From the NCBI GenBank assembly GCA_964618005.1, contig CAZTZM010000095.1:1-52702 (forward strand): a stretch of DNA of 52,702 nt, given 5' to 3'. Origin of the DNA: an uncultured Myxococcales bacterium (GTDB lineage Bacteria; Myxococcota_A; Polyangia; Fen-1088). The notes under the pieces are model-generated. The model did not search any database and was not told where the DNA came from. It saw only the letters and a program-made list of their open reading frames with translations. A program made the translations under genes and the position numbers. Shown here in pieces: positions 1 to 8,007 of this stretch (its first letter is position 1; each line of letters starts with the position of its first letter).

Positions 1-2332
1 ACTGCAGCGCGCGGGCCGCCTGCGGCGGCGCCTCGATGACGAGGCCGCCGTCGGCCCGTCGCTGGACGGCGACCGCCCCGAACAGCGCGGCGACACCGTC
101 CTCGACGGCCGGCGCTGCGCTGGAGGTCGACGCGGCGGCCCCTCGCCCCGCGAGCGCCCCAAGCTCCGCTGCCTCGGCGTCGCCCCCGCCGAGATCTTGG
201 ACGACAGCGGTCGACGGGTCAGCACCGTCGTCGCTCGCGTCATCACCCGAAGCCGAGGCCTCTTCGGGCGCGGTCAGGGTCTCGAGCAAGCTCGTCATCT
301 GGCTCCCACCGTCGAAGCGCAGCTCGTCGGTGACGCCTTCGAACACCCCATCGAAGAGGGCCCGCTTGTCGGCCACCAGGCCGGCTATCCGCTCCTCGAT
401 GGATGACCGGCTCATCAGGTTGTAGACGTCGATGGGCCGGTCTTGCCCGAGACGATGGATGCGGCCGATCCGCTGCTCGAGGACCGCGGGGTTCCAGGGG
501 AGCTCCAGGTTGACGCAGGCGCTGGCGGCTTTCTGAAGGTTGAGCCCGACGCCGCCGGCGTCGGTCAGGAACAGCACGGCGGCGGACGGATCGTCGTGGA
601 AATCGACCAGATTGTGTGTCCGGCGGCGCGCACCCTCTTGGCCGGTGAAGAACAGCGCGCGTTTACCGGCGGCGGCGAGCAGGTCCGACACCGCCCACGC
701 CGCGAGCTCCAGCATGCGCCTCCACTGACTGAACACGACGACCTGCCGGCCCTGGGTGACGACGAGGCTCGCCACGAGCTCGCGCAACTCGGCGAGCTTC
801 GGCGCGTCGAGCGACTCGAGCACCGCTGCCGTCGGCCGGCGGTCTCGAACCTCGGGCCAGGTGGCCGTGAACGCTTCCAGCGCCACCCCGTTCGCGATCA
901 TCCGTTGCGTCGCCAGCAGCGACATCAACCGGAGGAACTCCGCCGGCGCCAGCGGTCGGCGGCGCGCGATGGCGGCCAACTTCGCGATGGGCTGGTTGAG
1001 CGCGTCGTGCGCTTCGCGCTGGCGCTCGGTGAGATCGACAGGGATCGTCGTGTCCTGGCGGGGCGGAAGCTGACCGAGCACCTCCGCCCGCGTACGGCGG
1101 AGGAGCACCGGCGCCAGCCGCGCGCGCAGCTCGTCCAGGTTGCGAGCGCCGATCACCTGGCGCTGGCCGTCCGCATAGGTGCTGTGTGCCGGACCGAGGC
1201 GCCACTTCGGCTCGAGCGCTCGATCGTCCACCCATTCGACGATCGAGGCCAGCTCGTCGAGCCGGTTCTCGAGCGGCGTGCCCGTGAGCACCAGCCGGTA
1301 CTCCGGCTTGAGCCGCTTGATCGCGAGCGCGGTCTTCGTCGCCCAGTTCTTGATCCGCTGCGCCTCGTCGAGCACGGCCAGCTCCGGCGACCATGTGGCG
1401 ATCACGTCCAGGTCCTTGATGACCTGCTCGTAGTTTGTCACCAGGAACCCCCGGCGCATGGACCGGTACAGCTCGCGCCGGACGCCGCTCCCCCCGTCTA
1501 CGACGCGAACGGGCGCCGCGGAGATCGCCTGCCACTCGCGCTCCCACTGCGGCTTGAGCGCCGCCGGGACAACGATGAGCCCCCGCCGCACGAGCCCGGC
1601 GTCGTAGAGAGCCGTCGCGGCGACGACGGCCTGCGTGGTCTTGCCGAGCCCCATGTCGTCCGCCAGCACCAAGCGGCCCTGGAGCAAGAACCGTCTTATC
1701 CCCTGCTTCTGGTACGCATAGAGGGGGCGCCGCCGCGCGCTGGCGGACATCGCCTTGGCCAGGGACGGCTGCGCCCGGCCCAGGCGAAGGATCCGGGAGA
1801 GCCGATCGTGCTCCTCGGCCAGCACCGCGCGCGCGGCAGGGTCTACGGCCCCGCCAGCCCGCCGAACGCGCGAGGCGAGAGCTTCGACCAGCCCCATCCG
1901 CTTGACGGGATCGGACGCGTGGGTGGTCCGCAGGCGCCACGCCCCGGCGTCACCCGCTCGAACGAAACCCGGCCCGGCCGAGACCGCGCGCCGGTGCCGG
2001 TCGGCTCTTCGCGGCGCAGGCGCGAAGCGAAGGGCCGCGAGCAGATCGCCCGCCACGGCGGCGTCGACGGCCGGATCCCAGACAACCCCGGGCCGCGCGC
2101 CGGCTGCAGCGGTGAGCAGTCGCCGAAATGATCGGGGCTTGGAAGCGAGGTGAGCAATCACCGCCCCGATGTGCTTGCAGATGCCGAGCGCCCCGCGCGA
2201 AAAGTCCGCGCAATCGCACGCGCCGCCTGGAGGCGACAGCGACCACAGTCGTACGTCATAGGGAAGCGCCCTCTCCCCGCCCGCTCGCGCGAGGCGGTGT
2301 CGTCCCGCCGATCCGTCCTTCGGCCCGGCCAC
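1..2332 (-). CDS. SWIM zinc-finger + SNF2-family (SF2) DNA-dependent ATPase/helicase; C-terminus runs off the left edge of the window
   Basis: Absent from the ORF track because there is no stop inside the window. My own minus-strand translation gives CDCADFSRGALGICKHIGAV (SWIM CxC...CxH, ~2160-2218), LADDMGLGKT (motif I, ~1637-1669), LDEAQRIKN (motif II, ~1346-1372), LVLTGTPLENRL (motif III) and QRIGRIHRLGQ (motif VI, ~437-478). The first in-frame start is GTG at 2332. A coding-looking segment upstream (2541 down to ~2350) is in another frame. Confidence 0.85.
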   Translation of the reverse strand, partial: MAGPKDGSAGRHRLARAGGERALPYDVRLWSLSPPGGACDCADFSRGALGICKHIGAVIAHLASKPRSFRRLLTAAAGARPGVVWDPAVDAAVAGDLLAALRFAPAPRRADRHRRAVSAGPGFVRAGDAGAWRLRTTHASDPVKRMGLVEALASRVRRAGGAVDPAARAVLAEEHDRLSRILRLGRAQPSLAKAMSASARRRPLYAYQKQGIRRFLLQGRLVLADDMGLGKTTQAVVAATALYDAGLVRRGLIVVPAALKPQWEREWQAISAAPVRVVDGGSGVRRELYRSMRRGFLVTNYEQVIKDLDVIATWSPELAVLDEAQRIKNWATKTALAIKRLKPEYRLVLTGTPLENRLDELASIVEWVDDRALEPKWRLGPAHSTYADGQRQVIGARNLDELRARLAPVLLRRTRAEVLGQLPPRQDTTIPVDLTERQREAHDALNQPIAKLAAIARRRPLAPAEFLRLMSLLATQRMIANGVALEAFTATWPEVRDRRPTAAVLESLDAPKLAELRELVASLVVTQGRQVVVFSQWRRMLELAAWAVSDLLAAAGKRALFFTGQEGARRRTHNLVDFHDDPSAAVLFLTDAGGVGLNLQKAASACVNLELPWNPAVLEQRIGRIHRLGQDRPIDVYNLMSRSSIEERIAGLVADKRALFDGVFEGVTDELRFDGGSQMTSLLETLTAPEEASASGDDASDDGADPSTAVVQDLGGGDAEAAELGALAGRGAAASTSSAAPAVEDGVAALFGAVAVQRRADGGLVIEAPPQAARALQ

Positions 2333-2592
2333 GACGACGATCTCTTGCGCCCGGGCCGAGGCAGCCGGCGAAGCACGGCCTCGAGCGCCGCGCGACGGAC
2401 CGGCCAGTCCCGGTCTCCCGGCAGACGGAGCACGTGGTCGACGATCAACTCCGTGGGAATGGGTAGCGTGCGCCGCCCTGCGATCTGCAGCAGCGCCGCG
2501 CGTGCTTCTGTCTCGCCCTGGGGCTCGGGAGCGTCAGACACGGGATCTTCCTGCCAGAACGGGAGGGCCTGCGTCCAGTCCTTCGCGACGGG

Positions 2593-4053
2593 TCATCGAT
2601 GGAAGATGACCAGTGGCAGCGTGGCCTGGCGGGCGACGCCCTGGCTGTCGATCCACTGGATCGTCTGACGATGCTGGTCGTCGATGACGTGGCGTCCGTC
2701 CTCGCTCGCGATCGCGAGATAGGCCACCAGCTCCGCGAGCCCGTTCTCGAGCGGGTGCGCGTCGACGATCGCCGCCAGCGCGGCCTGCGGAAACGTCTCC
2801 AGGCTTCGCCGAACGTTGTCGGCCAACCGCGCGCGGTCGACGTACACCTGTTCATAGAGGGCGTCGGCGGCGATACGCGCCTCGCCGACGTCCACATCGG
2901 TGCTGTCGACCACCGGCTTCCATGGCGGCACGAAGAGGGGCTTGTCCATCGGGAGCTCGACGGCCGCAGCGCTGTCCTCTATCTCCGCGAACGGCCCGGG
3001 GGGCGGCTCCGATCGCAGGGCGAGCGCGCTCTGCTCTATCTCGCGGATGACGGTCATGATGCGCTTGTTCTCGAGGAAGAGCTGGTCGTCCAGGAACCGA
3101 CGAAGCTGCTCGGAGAGACGAGCGACGGTCCGCTGGGCGACCTCGCCGGCGTCGAGCCAGTCATAGTGGACGCGCCCGAGCCGCGACTCGGGAGACAGGG
3201 CCTGGACGGCTGGCAAGGCCAAGACCCGCTCGAGCAGCGAGGTGAGCTCTTCCTGCCTGGAGGGGGACATCAGAAAGTCCCAGAAAGCACGGAAGCTGCG
3301 CCCCTGATCCGAGTCCCCGATCGCGTCCCGCTCGCCAAAGATGTCTTCCAGCAGCTCCCCCTTGCTGCCCTGCCAGAGCGCGATGCGCTCCCGCACGCCG
3401 CGATCGAGCTCGCGGAAGTTCTGCTCCACCTCGCGGAAGTCCGAGAGCAGCGCGCGCGCGGTCGACGCGAGCTGAAGGAAGCGATCCTTGACGGCGGCTG
3501 CGTCCATCATCGTGACGTCGCCGGCTTCCAGCCTCCGGATCTCGCTGTCGATCTGGTCGCGCCGGCCCTGCAGGTCGGCCATGCGCGCGCCGCGGTCCTG
3601 CTCGGTGCCCTCGACGATCTGGCGCAGGAGGTCGAAGACCGTGAGCAATCGTGATTCCGTCGCGACGAACGGACGGCTACGCAGGCCGGTCACCCACTCG
3701 ATCGCCTTCTCTGCTGCCGGGGTCAGATCGAAGCTGGGCTCGTCACCGCCGGCCGCCGGGTAATACTTGCGGAGGTAGCCAGCGTCGTCGCTCGCCCAAG
3801 CATCCAAATACTCGGCCGCCGAACGCGGATAGACGCCCTCACCGAGGCGCTCGCGGAGCTCGAAGAGGTAGTCCTCGAGCCGTGAAGTCAGGTCCGGTTG
3901 CGCGATGGCCCGGGCGTTGGGCAGGACGAAAACACGATGCAGGAAGCTCAGGATCAGCGGCGCATGCTCGGCGCGCAGCAGGCGCCACGCCGCGTGCCGG
4001 CCGCGCAGCAAATCGAGGGTGTCATGATCGAGAAACCGCGCGTCTCCCGTCAC
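2593..4053 (-). CDS. jetA: DUF3375 family protein (JetA / MksF-like kleisin subunit of Wadjet-type condensin defence systems), 486 aa
   Basis: Track ORF with a GTG start. Length and sequence fit my memory of DUF3375: N-terminal HAAWRLLRAEHAPLILSFLHRVF, central SDFREVEQNFRELDRGVRERIALWQGSKG and DSDQGRSFRAFWDFLMSPSRQEELTSLLERV, then RLSEQLRRFLDDQLFLENKR. Recognition is from recall, not a search. Confidence 0.8.
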   Translation of the reverse strand: MTGDARFLDHDTLDLLRGRHAAWRLLRAEHAPLILSFLHRVFVLPNARAIAQPDLTSRLEDYLFELRERLGEGVYPRSAAEYLDAWASDDAGYLRKYYPAAGGDEPSFDLTPAAEKAIEWVTGLRSRPFVATESRLLTVFDLLRQIVEGTEQDRGARMADLQGRRDQIDSEIRRLEAGDVTMMDAAAVKDRFLQLASTARALLSDFREVEQNFRELDRGVRERIALWQGSKGELLEDIFGERDAIGDSDQGRSFRAFWDFLMSPSRQEELTSLLERVLALPAVQALSPESRLGRVHYDWLDAGEVAQRTVARLSEQLRRFLDDQLFLENKRIMTVIREIEQSALALRSEPPPGPFAEIEDSAAAVELPMDKPLFVPPWKPVVDSTDVDVGEARIAADALYEQVYVDRARLADNVRRSLETFPQAALAAIVDAHPLENGLAELVAYLAIASEDGRHVIDDQHRQTIQWIDSQGVARQATLPLVIFHR

Positions 4054-4056
4054 TGC

Positions 4057-4290
4057 TCAGGAACCCTTCAGTCGTCCAACCCAGTAACCGGGACCCCGCT
4101 TCTCGTGGGCAATGGCGAGGACACGGACAACTTCGGCGAGCTCGATGAAGGCGCGACGAACTCCAAGTTCCGGTGCTACGCGCGGGTAGAGCGGAAACTC
4201 CCGACCAAGACCTTCACGCCGCCCCTCGTACCATGCAGCGGCAGCAGCGAGCTCGTGCTTCGCCTCCGGCTCGACCCGGACGGGCTTCAC
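4057..4290 (-). CDS. RelE/ParE-family type II toxin (short, 77 aa; the middle of the fold seems to be missing)
   Basis: N-terminus PEAKHELAAAAAWYEGRREGLGREF and C-terminus VRVLAIAHEKRGPGYW are typical of ParE/RelE. GTGA overlap with the upstream antitoxin. The stop lies 3 nt before the jetA-like GTG. Confidence 0.7.
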   Translation of the reverse strand: MKPVRVEPEAKHELAAAAAWYEGRREGLGREFPLYPRVAPELGVRRAFIELAEVVRVLAIAHEKRGPGYWVGRLKGS

Positions 4291-4526
4291 GGTCGACGTA
4301 GCTTCGATTCGATCTCGACGACGCGCGCAGCGGACCAGTCTTCGCCGCCGTCAGGATCAGCTAGAACGCGGCGTGCACGACGCTCGATCTCGTCAACCCA
4401 AGCATCCTCGGCGCCGGCGTCCCTGGGCCCGTCCAAGCTGGCAACGAGCTCGAGCGCGACCTCGGCCCGCTCCTCATCCGTGAGGCCCAGGGCCTCGCCG
4501 AGTACCTTCTGGGCGCGTCCGCTCAT
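4287..4526 (-). CDS. Addiction-module antitoxin (putative addiction module component family)
   Basis: 79 aa. LGLTDEERAEVALELVASLD ... AWVDEIERRARRV is the characteristic helix pattern of this antitoxin family. 4-nt overlap with the toxin. Confidence 0.7.
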   Translation of the reverse strand: MSGRAQKVLGEALGLTDEERAEVALELVASLDGPRDAGAEDAWVDEIERRARRVLADPDGGEDWSAARVVEIESKLRRP

Positions 4527-4576
4527 GGATTCAATCTAGCCGAGCGCCCCGCGCCAGACCAAGGACCAGCTCGACA

Positions 4577-4600
4577 TTTTGTGCCCTCCTTGTGCCCCGA
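4577..4600 (-). promoter_or_regulatory. Sigma-54-like -24/-12 element (minus strand TCGGGGCACAAGGAGGGCACAAAA). It is one of two near-identical 24-nt copies in the window.
   Basis: GGCAC-N5-GGGCA has the GG/GC spacing of the TGGCAC-N5-TTGCA consensus. It lies about 45-50 nt upstream of the antitoxin ATG (4526). 23/24 nt are identical to 10937-10960. Confidence 0.4.
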
Positions 4601-4880
4601 CTCTGCGCTGAAGGATGGAACCGGACGGGATGGCGCGGGATCGAACGGGAGCGACTTGTCCAAACGATTTCGTGGGTTTGGTGGGTAAGTCCGCGTCTTC
4701 TCTCGTTTCTGTTCGGACCCTTCACAAGGGTTCGACTGCCGGCGCCTCAACTCGGTCGAGAGCGCAGCCGGGGCGGGTCCAAGCCTTTAGCTCACGGCGC
4801 CGACCTGCCGTGACTTTCACCCAGATTTTCCCCCGCATTCCCGGCGCCGTCCGCCGCAAGTAGAGGGAGTACAGGCTAAG

Positions 4881-5873
4881 CTATGTCGGCCCGATTCGAT
4901 CGAGTCGCGTCAGAAACGTTTCTTTCGCGCGATGCCGCTCGCGCAGGCCATCGAGCAGGGCGCTGAACTTCGGCAGGCATCCGTTTCGGTCCGAGATCTC
5001 GCGCAGATCATGCAGGAGAGCTGTGGCTTGGTCGTATGCGGCTGGCCGCCGGCTGTTCACCAAGCCCTCGACTTCTTTCCATGCGTCGGGCTCACGAGCT
5101 GCGATCGCGTGGAGGCGGCGGGCGCGAACGATCGCATCGGCCGCTTCCCGCTGTTCTCGCTCACGTTGGGCCTCATCCTCCGCCCGCTGGTCCGTCTCGC
5201 GCCGGAGCGCTTTCGCCGCCGAGAGCAGGTGTTCGACGGTGCGCCGAGCCTTCGAGCCCCGCCCGATGGGGCGTTGAGCGGCCGCTCCGATCAGATCCGG
5301 ATCGATCCGAAGGAACTCGGCGAGCGCCGACTCGCTAGCGGACGGCCGCCCAAGACCAGCAGGCACCTCCGGCTCGGGTGTCGATTCGGCGATCTCGCCT
5401 GCCTGGACACGAACGAGCCATGCCAGGTAGAGGAGACGTCCACCGCCGTTAAGTAGCCCGGACCTCGCGGAGACGATCGAATCCAGCTCACCCTCCCCGT
5501 CGCTCTCCCAGTCGCCCTCCTCATCCTCGGAGCGAAATCCCAGAACGACGGAGGGGCCGCGGCGGCGAAACCAGGCCGAGCTGCTGACGCTCGTTGAAAG
5601 GTGCGCGCGAAGCAGCTGCTCTGAAGGGGCGCGACTGGCGGGCACTCTGAATATCACTTCTCGCGTTCCCCAGCTCGCTAGGTAGAGGAACGCGTCGAAG
5701 TGACGTGCGACCAGCGCCGGCGGATCTCCTTTGAAGTCTCCAAATGTGTAGAAGTTCGTGAACCTCTTCGTCGAGATCTCGGCGCGCGTCGAGATCTTGC
5801 GCAGCGCCGTGCGCTCGGCCGCCGTGAGCGGGCGATCCAATGCGCGAAAGTCGTAATACTGGTATTCGCTCAT
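4881..5873 (-). CDS. Conserved hypothetical protein (330 aa; MSEYQYYDFRALDRPLT... N-terminus, charged coiled middle)
   Basis: Track ORF with clean non-shadow composition and high GC3. ATGA overlap with the upstream 134-aa gene. Confidence 0.7.
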   Translation of the reverse strand: MSEYQYYDFRALDRPLTAAERTALRKISTRAEISTKRFTNFYTFGDFKGDPPALVARHFDAFLYLASWGTREVIFRVPASRAPSEQLLRAHLSTSVSSSAWFRRRGPSVVLGFRSEDEEGDWESDGEGELDSIVSARSGLLNGGGRLLYLAWLVRVQAGEIAESTPEPEVPAGLGRPSASESALAEFLRIDPDLIGAAAQRPIGRGSKARRTVEHLLSAAKALRRETDQRAEDEAQREREQREAADAIVRARRLHAIAAREPDAWKEVEGLVNSRRPAAYDQATALLHDLREISDRNGCLPKFSALLDGLRERHRAKETFLTRLDRIGPT

Positions 5874-6274
5874 CGAACCCGCCGGGGACGATGACGAGAG
5901 CGCGGATTCGTTGCCGTGTCCGCCTCCTTCCGAGCCTCGAATCCCGAATCGTCACCGCGATGGATGAAAATGCGTCCGCGAAGGCTGTCGCCCGCGATCT
6001 CCGCCCATCCTCGGCCGCAGGCTTCGTCCGCGTCGTCCGCCCCCTCCCACGAAAACTCGGCGCGCGCGTTCTCGCTGTCGTACCGACAGTCCATCCAGCC
6101 TCTGACCGTCCCGAACTGAAACTCGCCTCCTTGGTCGCCAGTGAAGGTGAAATGTCCGGGAACGTCCGAATCGACGAAGTCAGCGTCCCACGCCTCCATC
6201 TCCACGATTCGCCAGCGCCCGACGAAGCGCCGATCCGTTGGACGAGAGTCGGGCCGAACTTGTGTCGAGCTCAT
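5870..6274 (-). CDS. Hypothetical small protein (134 aa)
   Basis: Track ORF. Balanced composition (GRWRIVEMEAWDADFVDSDVPGHFTFTGDQGGEFQFG...). Translationally coupled to 4881-5873. Confidence 0.6.
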   Translation of the reverse strand: MSSTQVRPDSRPTDRRFVGRWRIVEMEAWDADFVDSDVPGHFTFTGDQGGEFQFGTVRGWMDCRYDSENARAEFSWEGADDADEACGRGWAEIAGDSLRGRIFIHRGDDSGFEARKEADTATNPRSRHRPRRVR

Positions 6275-6328
6275 GCACCATTGATATCAGACGTTCTCCA
6301 GGAAGAGTCCCGCTCCAGACACGTCCAG

Positions 6329-6640
6329 TCACGACATCCACAGCGCCTCCATCGGCAAGGCGGAGATCCTGTCGCCCAAAGACACGTTTTGCGGTCCGGA
6401 GTGGAGGATCAGCTCGTCTTTGGCGAGCGAAGTCTTAATGATGCCGAGGCTGATCGTGTTGGCCCGAGCGCCGCGCTTGCCCCACCGCACGGCCTCGGCC
6501 ATCACTCGCAGCGAGTTGCACCGCTTCGTAAGTTGGTAGGCGTGGAGCGAATCCTTCACCTTGTCGGGGCTGGAGCAAGGGACGAGCGCGCCCCAGCGTG
6601 TCGCGGCGCGAGTAATATCACCGTAACGGTTGCGAACGTT
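6329..6640 (-). pseudogene. C-terminal remnant of a short-chain dehydrogenase/reductase (SDR)
   Basis: The tail of the long junk ORF 6329-7834 reads HAYQLTKRCNSLRVMAEAVRWGKRGARANTISLGIIKTSLAKDEL. This corresponds to the SDR YxxxK active-site helix plus the G(I/A)RVN.ISPG..T.L segment. No Rossmann N-terminus lies upstream, and local GC is lower. Confidence 0.55.
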
Positions 6641-6696
6641 GGCGGCCTTCCGATCGTTCGCCTCTTCGCACCTCGAGTCGGGTACCGTGGAACACA

Positions 6697-7008
6697 ATGA
6701 ATGGGTCGTGGTCCGAGGGGCGTCTCTGGGTCGGCACCTACAGCGACAGCATCCTGGCAAAGTACCCGGGTCCCGCCCCCGTCCTCGATCCCAACGGCAT
6801 GGACGTCTGGTTCTTGCGCACCGCCGATCCGAGCCAGCCGGCCCTGCTCGACTTCGACCGGACGACGTACACCCTGCGCCGGAGCATCTCGCTGGCGTCG
6901 CTGTTGGACAGTTACATCGAGAGCGCGACCGCGCTCGTCCAGTGCCCGCCGACCGGCTTCGCCTTCCTGACCGACTCGACGATCTACGTGCTGACGCTGC
7001 CGAAGTGA
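6697..7008 (+). CDS. Hypothetical protein (103 aa)
   Basis: Track ORF with an ATG start, strong GC3 bias and non-repetitive composition. No family recognised. Confidence 0.5.
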   Translation: MNGSWSEGRLWVGTYSDSILAKYPGPAPVLDPNGMDVWFLRTADPSQPALLDFDRTTYTLRRSISLASLLDSYIESATALVQCPPTGFAFLTDSTIYVLTLPK

Positions 7009-7011
7009 GGT

Positions 7012-7206
7012 TCAGGGGCCGGTGGCGGTGGCCGGGCACCCCTCGTCGACCACGCCATTGCAGTTGTCGTCGATCTGGTTGCCACGATCGAAGCACCTCG
7101 CCTCCGGGCCACACCGATTCGGCGCGCTCGTGGGTGCCGTCATCGTCAGCAAGCAATCGTCCTGCGGGGGCGACTCGTCGCCGCACCCTGATTGCTCCGA
7201 TCTGGC
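7012..7206 (-). pseudogene. Fragment of a Cys-rich repeat protein (myxobacterial DDxCxGxxDEGC-type motif)
   Basis: My own translation between an in-frame TAG (7207-7209) and TGA (7012-7014) gives ...SGCGDESPPQDDCLLTMTAPTSAPNRCGPEARCFDRGNQIDDNCNGVVDEGCPATATGP*. There is no convincing start. Confidence 0.35.
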
Positions 7207-7416
7207 CTACGCCGTCCTGGTTCCTTCGGTGATCGCCATGTGGATCGATTGGTTCTCCGCGCGCGATGCCGTCCTCGTGCCCGAACCGCGAGGCGCCGCG
7301 TTCGCGCCACACCTCATCATCAAACCGGGGCTTGCGTTGATGGGCCTCGGCGGGACGTTTTGAAACGGGGCGGGATACCAGGTCCAAAAACGAGCCTTGG
7401 TCCCGGCGGTCGCTGT

Positions 7417-7686
7417 TTAGGCTCCGCGGAGACGGGCATCCGACGGCAGACGCTGGCGGCCGTATATGACGTGCCGGGCGAAGAGCCGGTGATCGATGAG
7501 CGGGTCCGGCGCGCCGGTTGCTTCCTCGCGATACTGACTCCAGATACTGAACTCCCGCCGACGGACTGAAGCCTCCGCCCCATCGGGGAATCGCACGCGG
7601 TAGCTGTGCAGGGCGTCGGCCGGGACTGCCACGATTTCGGCGACGGCGCCGACCGGACGCAGGGCTCGCCCCGCGTCTGTCTTCAC
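7417..7686 (-). CDS. Hypothetical protein, possibly a truncated remnant (89 aa)
   Basis: Track ORF. The segment AEIVAVPADALHSYRVRFPDGAEASVRRREFSI looks like a small beta domain, while the tail looks degenerate. Confidence 0.35.
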   Translation of the reverse strand: MKTDAGRALRPVGAVAEIVAVPADALHSYRVRFPDGAEASVRRREFSIWSQYREEATGAPDPLIDHRLFARHVIYGRQRLPSDARLRGA

Positions 7687-7788
7687 CTCGATCCGGGTGA
7701 CGATTCGGTCCCGTCTCCCCCCGCGTTGATACTACCCTTCCCAGCCGCTGACCGGCCGGCCAAACGCCCCTTCCCTCGGGCAGTCGAG

Positions 7789-7804
7789 ATATCATATATG
7801 ATAT
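7789..7804. promoter_or_regulatory. Perfect 16-bp AT-rich palindrome ATATCATATATGATAT immediately upstream of hicA; probable hicAB operator/-10 region
   Basis: Read directly; it is its own reverse complement. It is a striking AT island in a ~70% GC context, 10 nt before the hicA GTG. Confidence 0.6.
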
Positions 7805-7814
7805 AGTGGCTCTC

Positions 7815-8002
7815 GTGACCTCGGCTGACGTCATCCGCGCGCTGAGCGCGACGGCTGGTCTGAGGTCAGAGCGAAGGGGTCACATCATCATTTCAAGCAT
7901 CCGACCAAGCCCGGGATCGTTACGGTCCCGCACCCGAAGAAGGACATCCCACGCGGGACGCTCGCGAGCATCGAGCGCCAAGCGGGGATCCGATTGAGGT
8001 AA
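7815..8002 (+). pseudogene. hicA: HicA mRNA-interferase toxin, disrupted by a 1-nt deletion (or a sequencing error)
   Basis: Frame 0 gives (M)TSADVIRAL up to 7844. Frame +2 from 7844 gives ERDGWSEVRAKGSHHHFKHPTKPGIVTVPHPKKDIPRGTLASIERQAGIRLR*. The two frames share the single G at 7844 (CTG|GAG collapsed to CTGAG). Confidence 0.8.
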
Positions 8003-8007
8003 GGACC

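Noticed and set aside
443-2131. 562-aa plus-strand ORF (and 663-1940 minus, 425 aa) covering the left end
   Set aside because: Both are Arg/Ala/Gly/Pro-rich shadows of the real minus-strand SNF2 frame. That frame shows all the helicase motifs but is missing from the track because it has no stop in the window.
2536-2596. ATG at 2596 overlapping the jetA-like stop (ATGA), in the same frame as the SNF2 body
   Set aside because: The frame hits a TGA after 20 codons (MTRREGLDAGPPVLAGRSRV*), so it cannot be the helicase start as the sequence stands.
4621-4655. tRNA-like 3' fragment (minus strand ...GTTCGATCCCGCGCCATCCC...) that could mark an att site
   Set aside because: The 5' strand of the T-stem is not complementary, and there is no acceptor pairing, CCA or anticodon arm. 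This is too weak to call a tRNA remnant or an att site.
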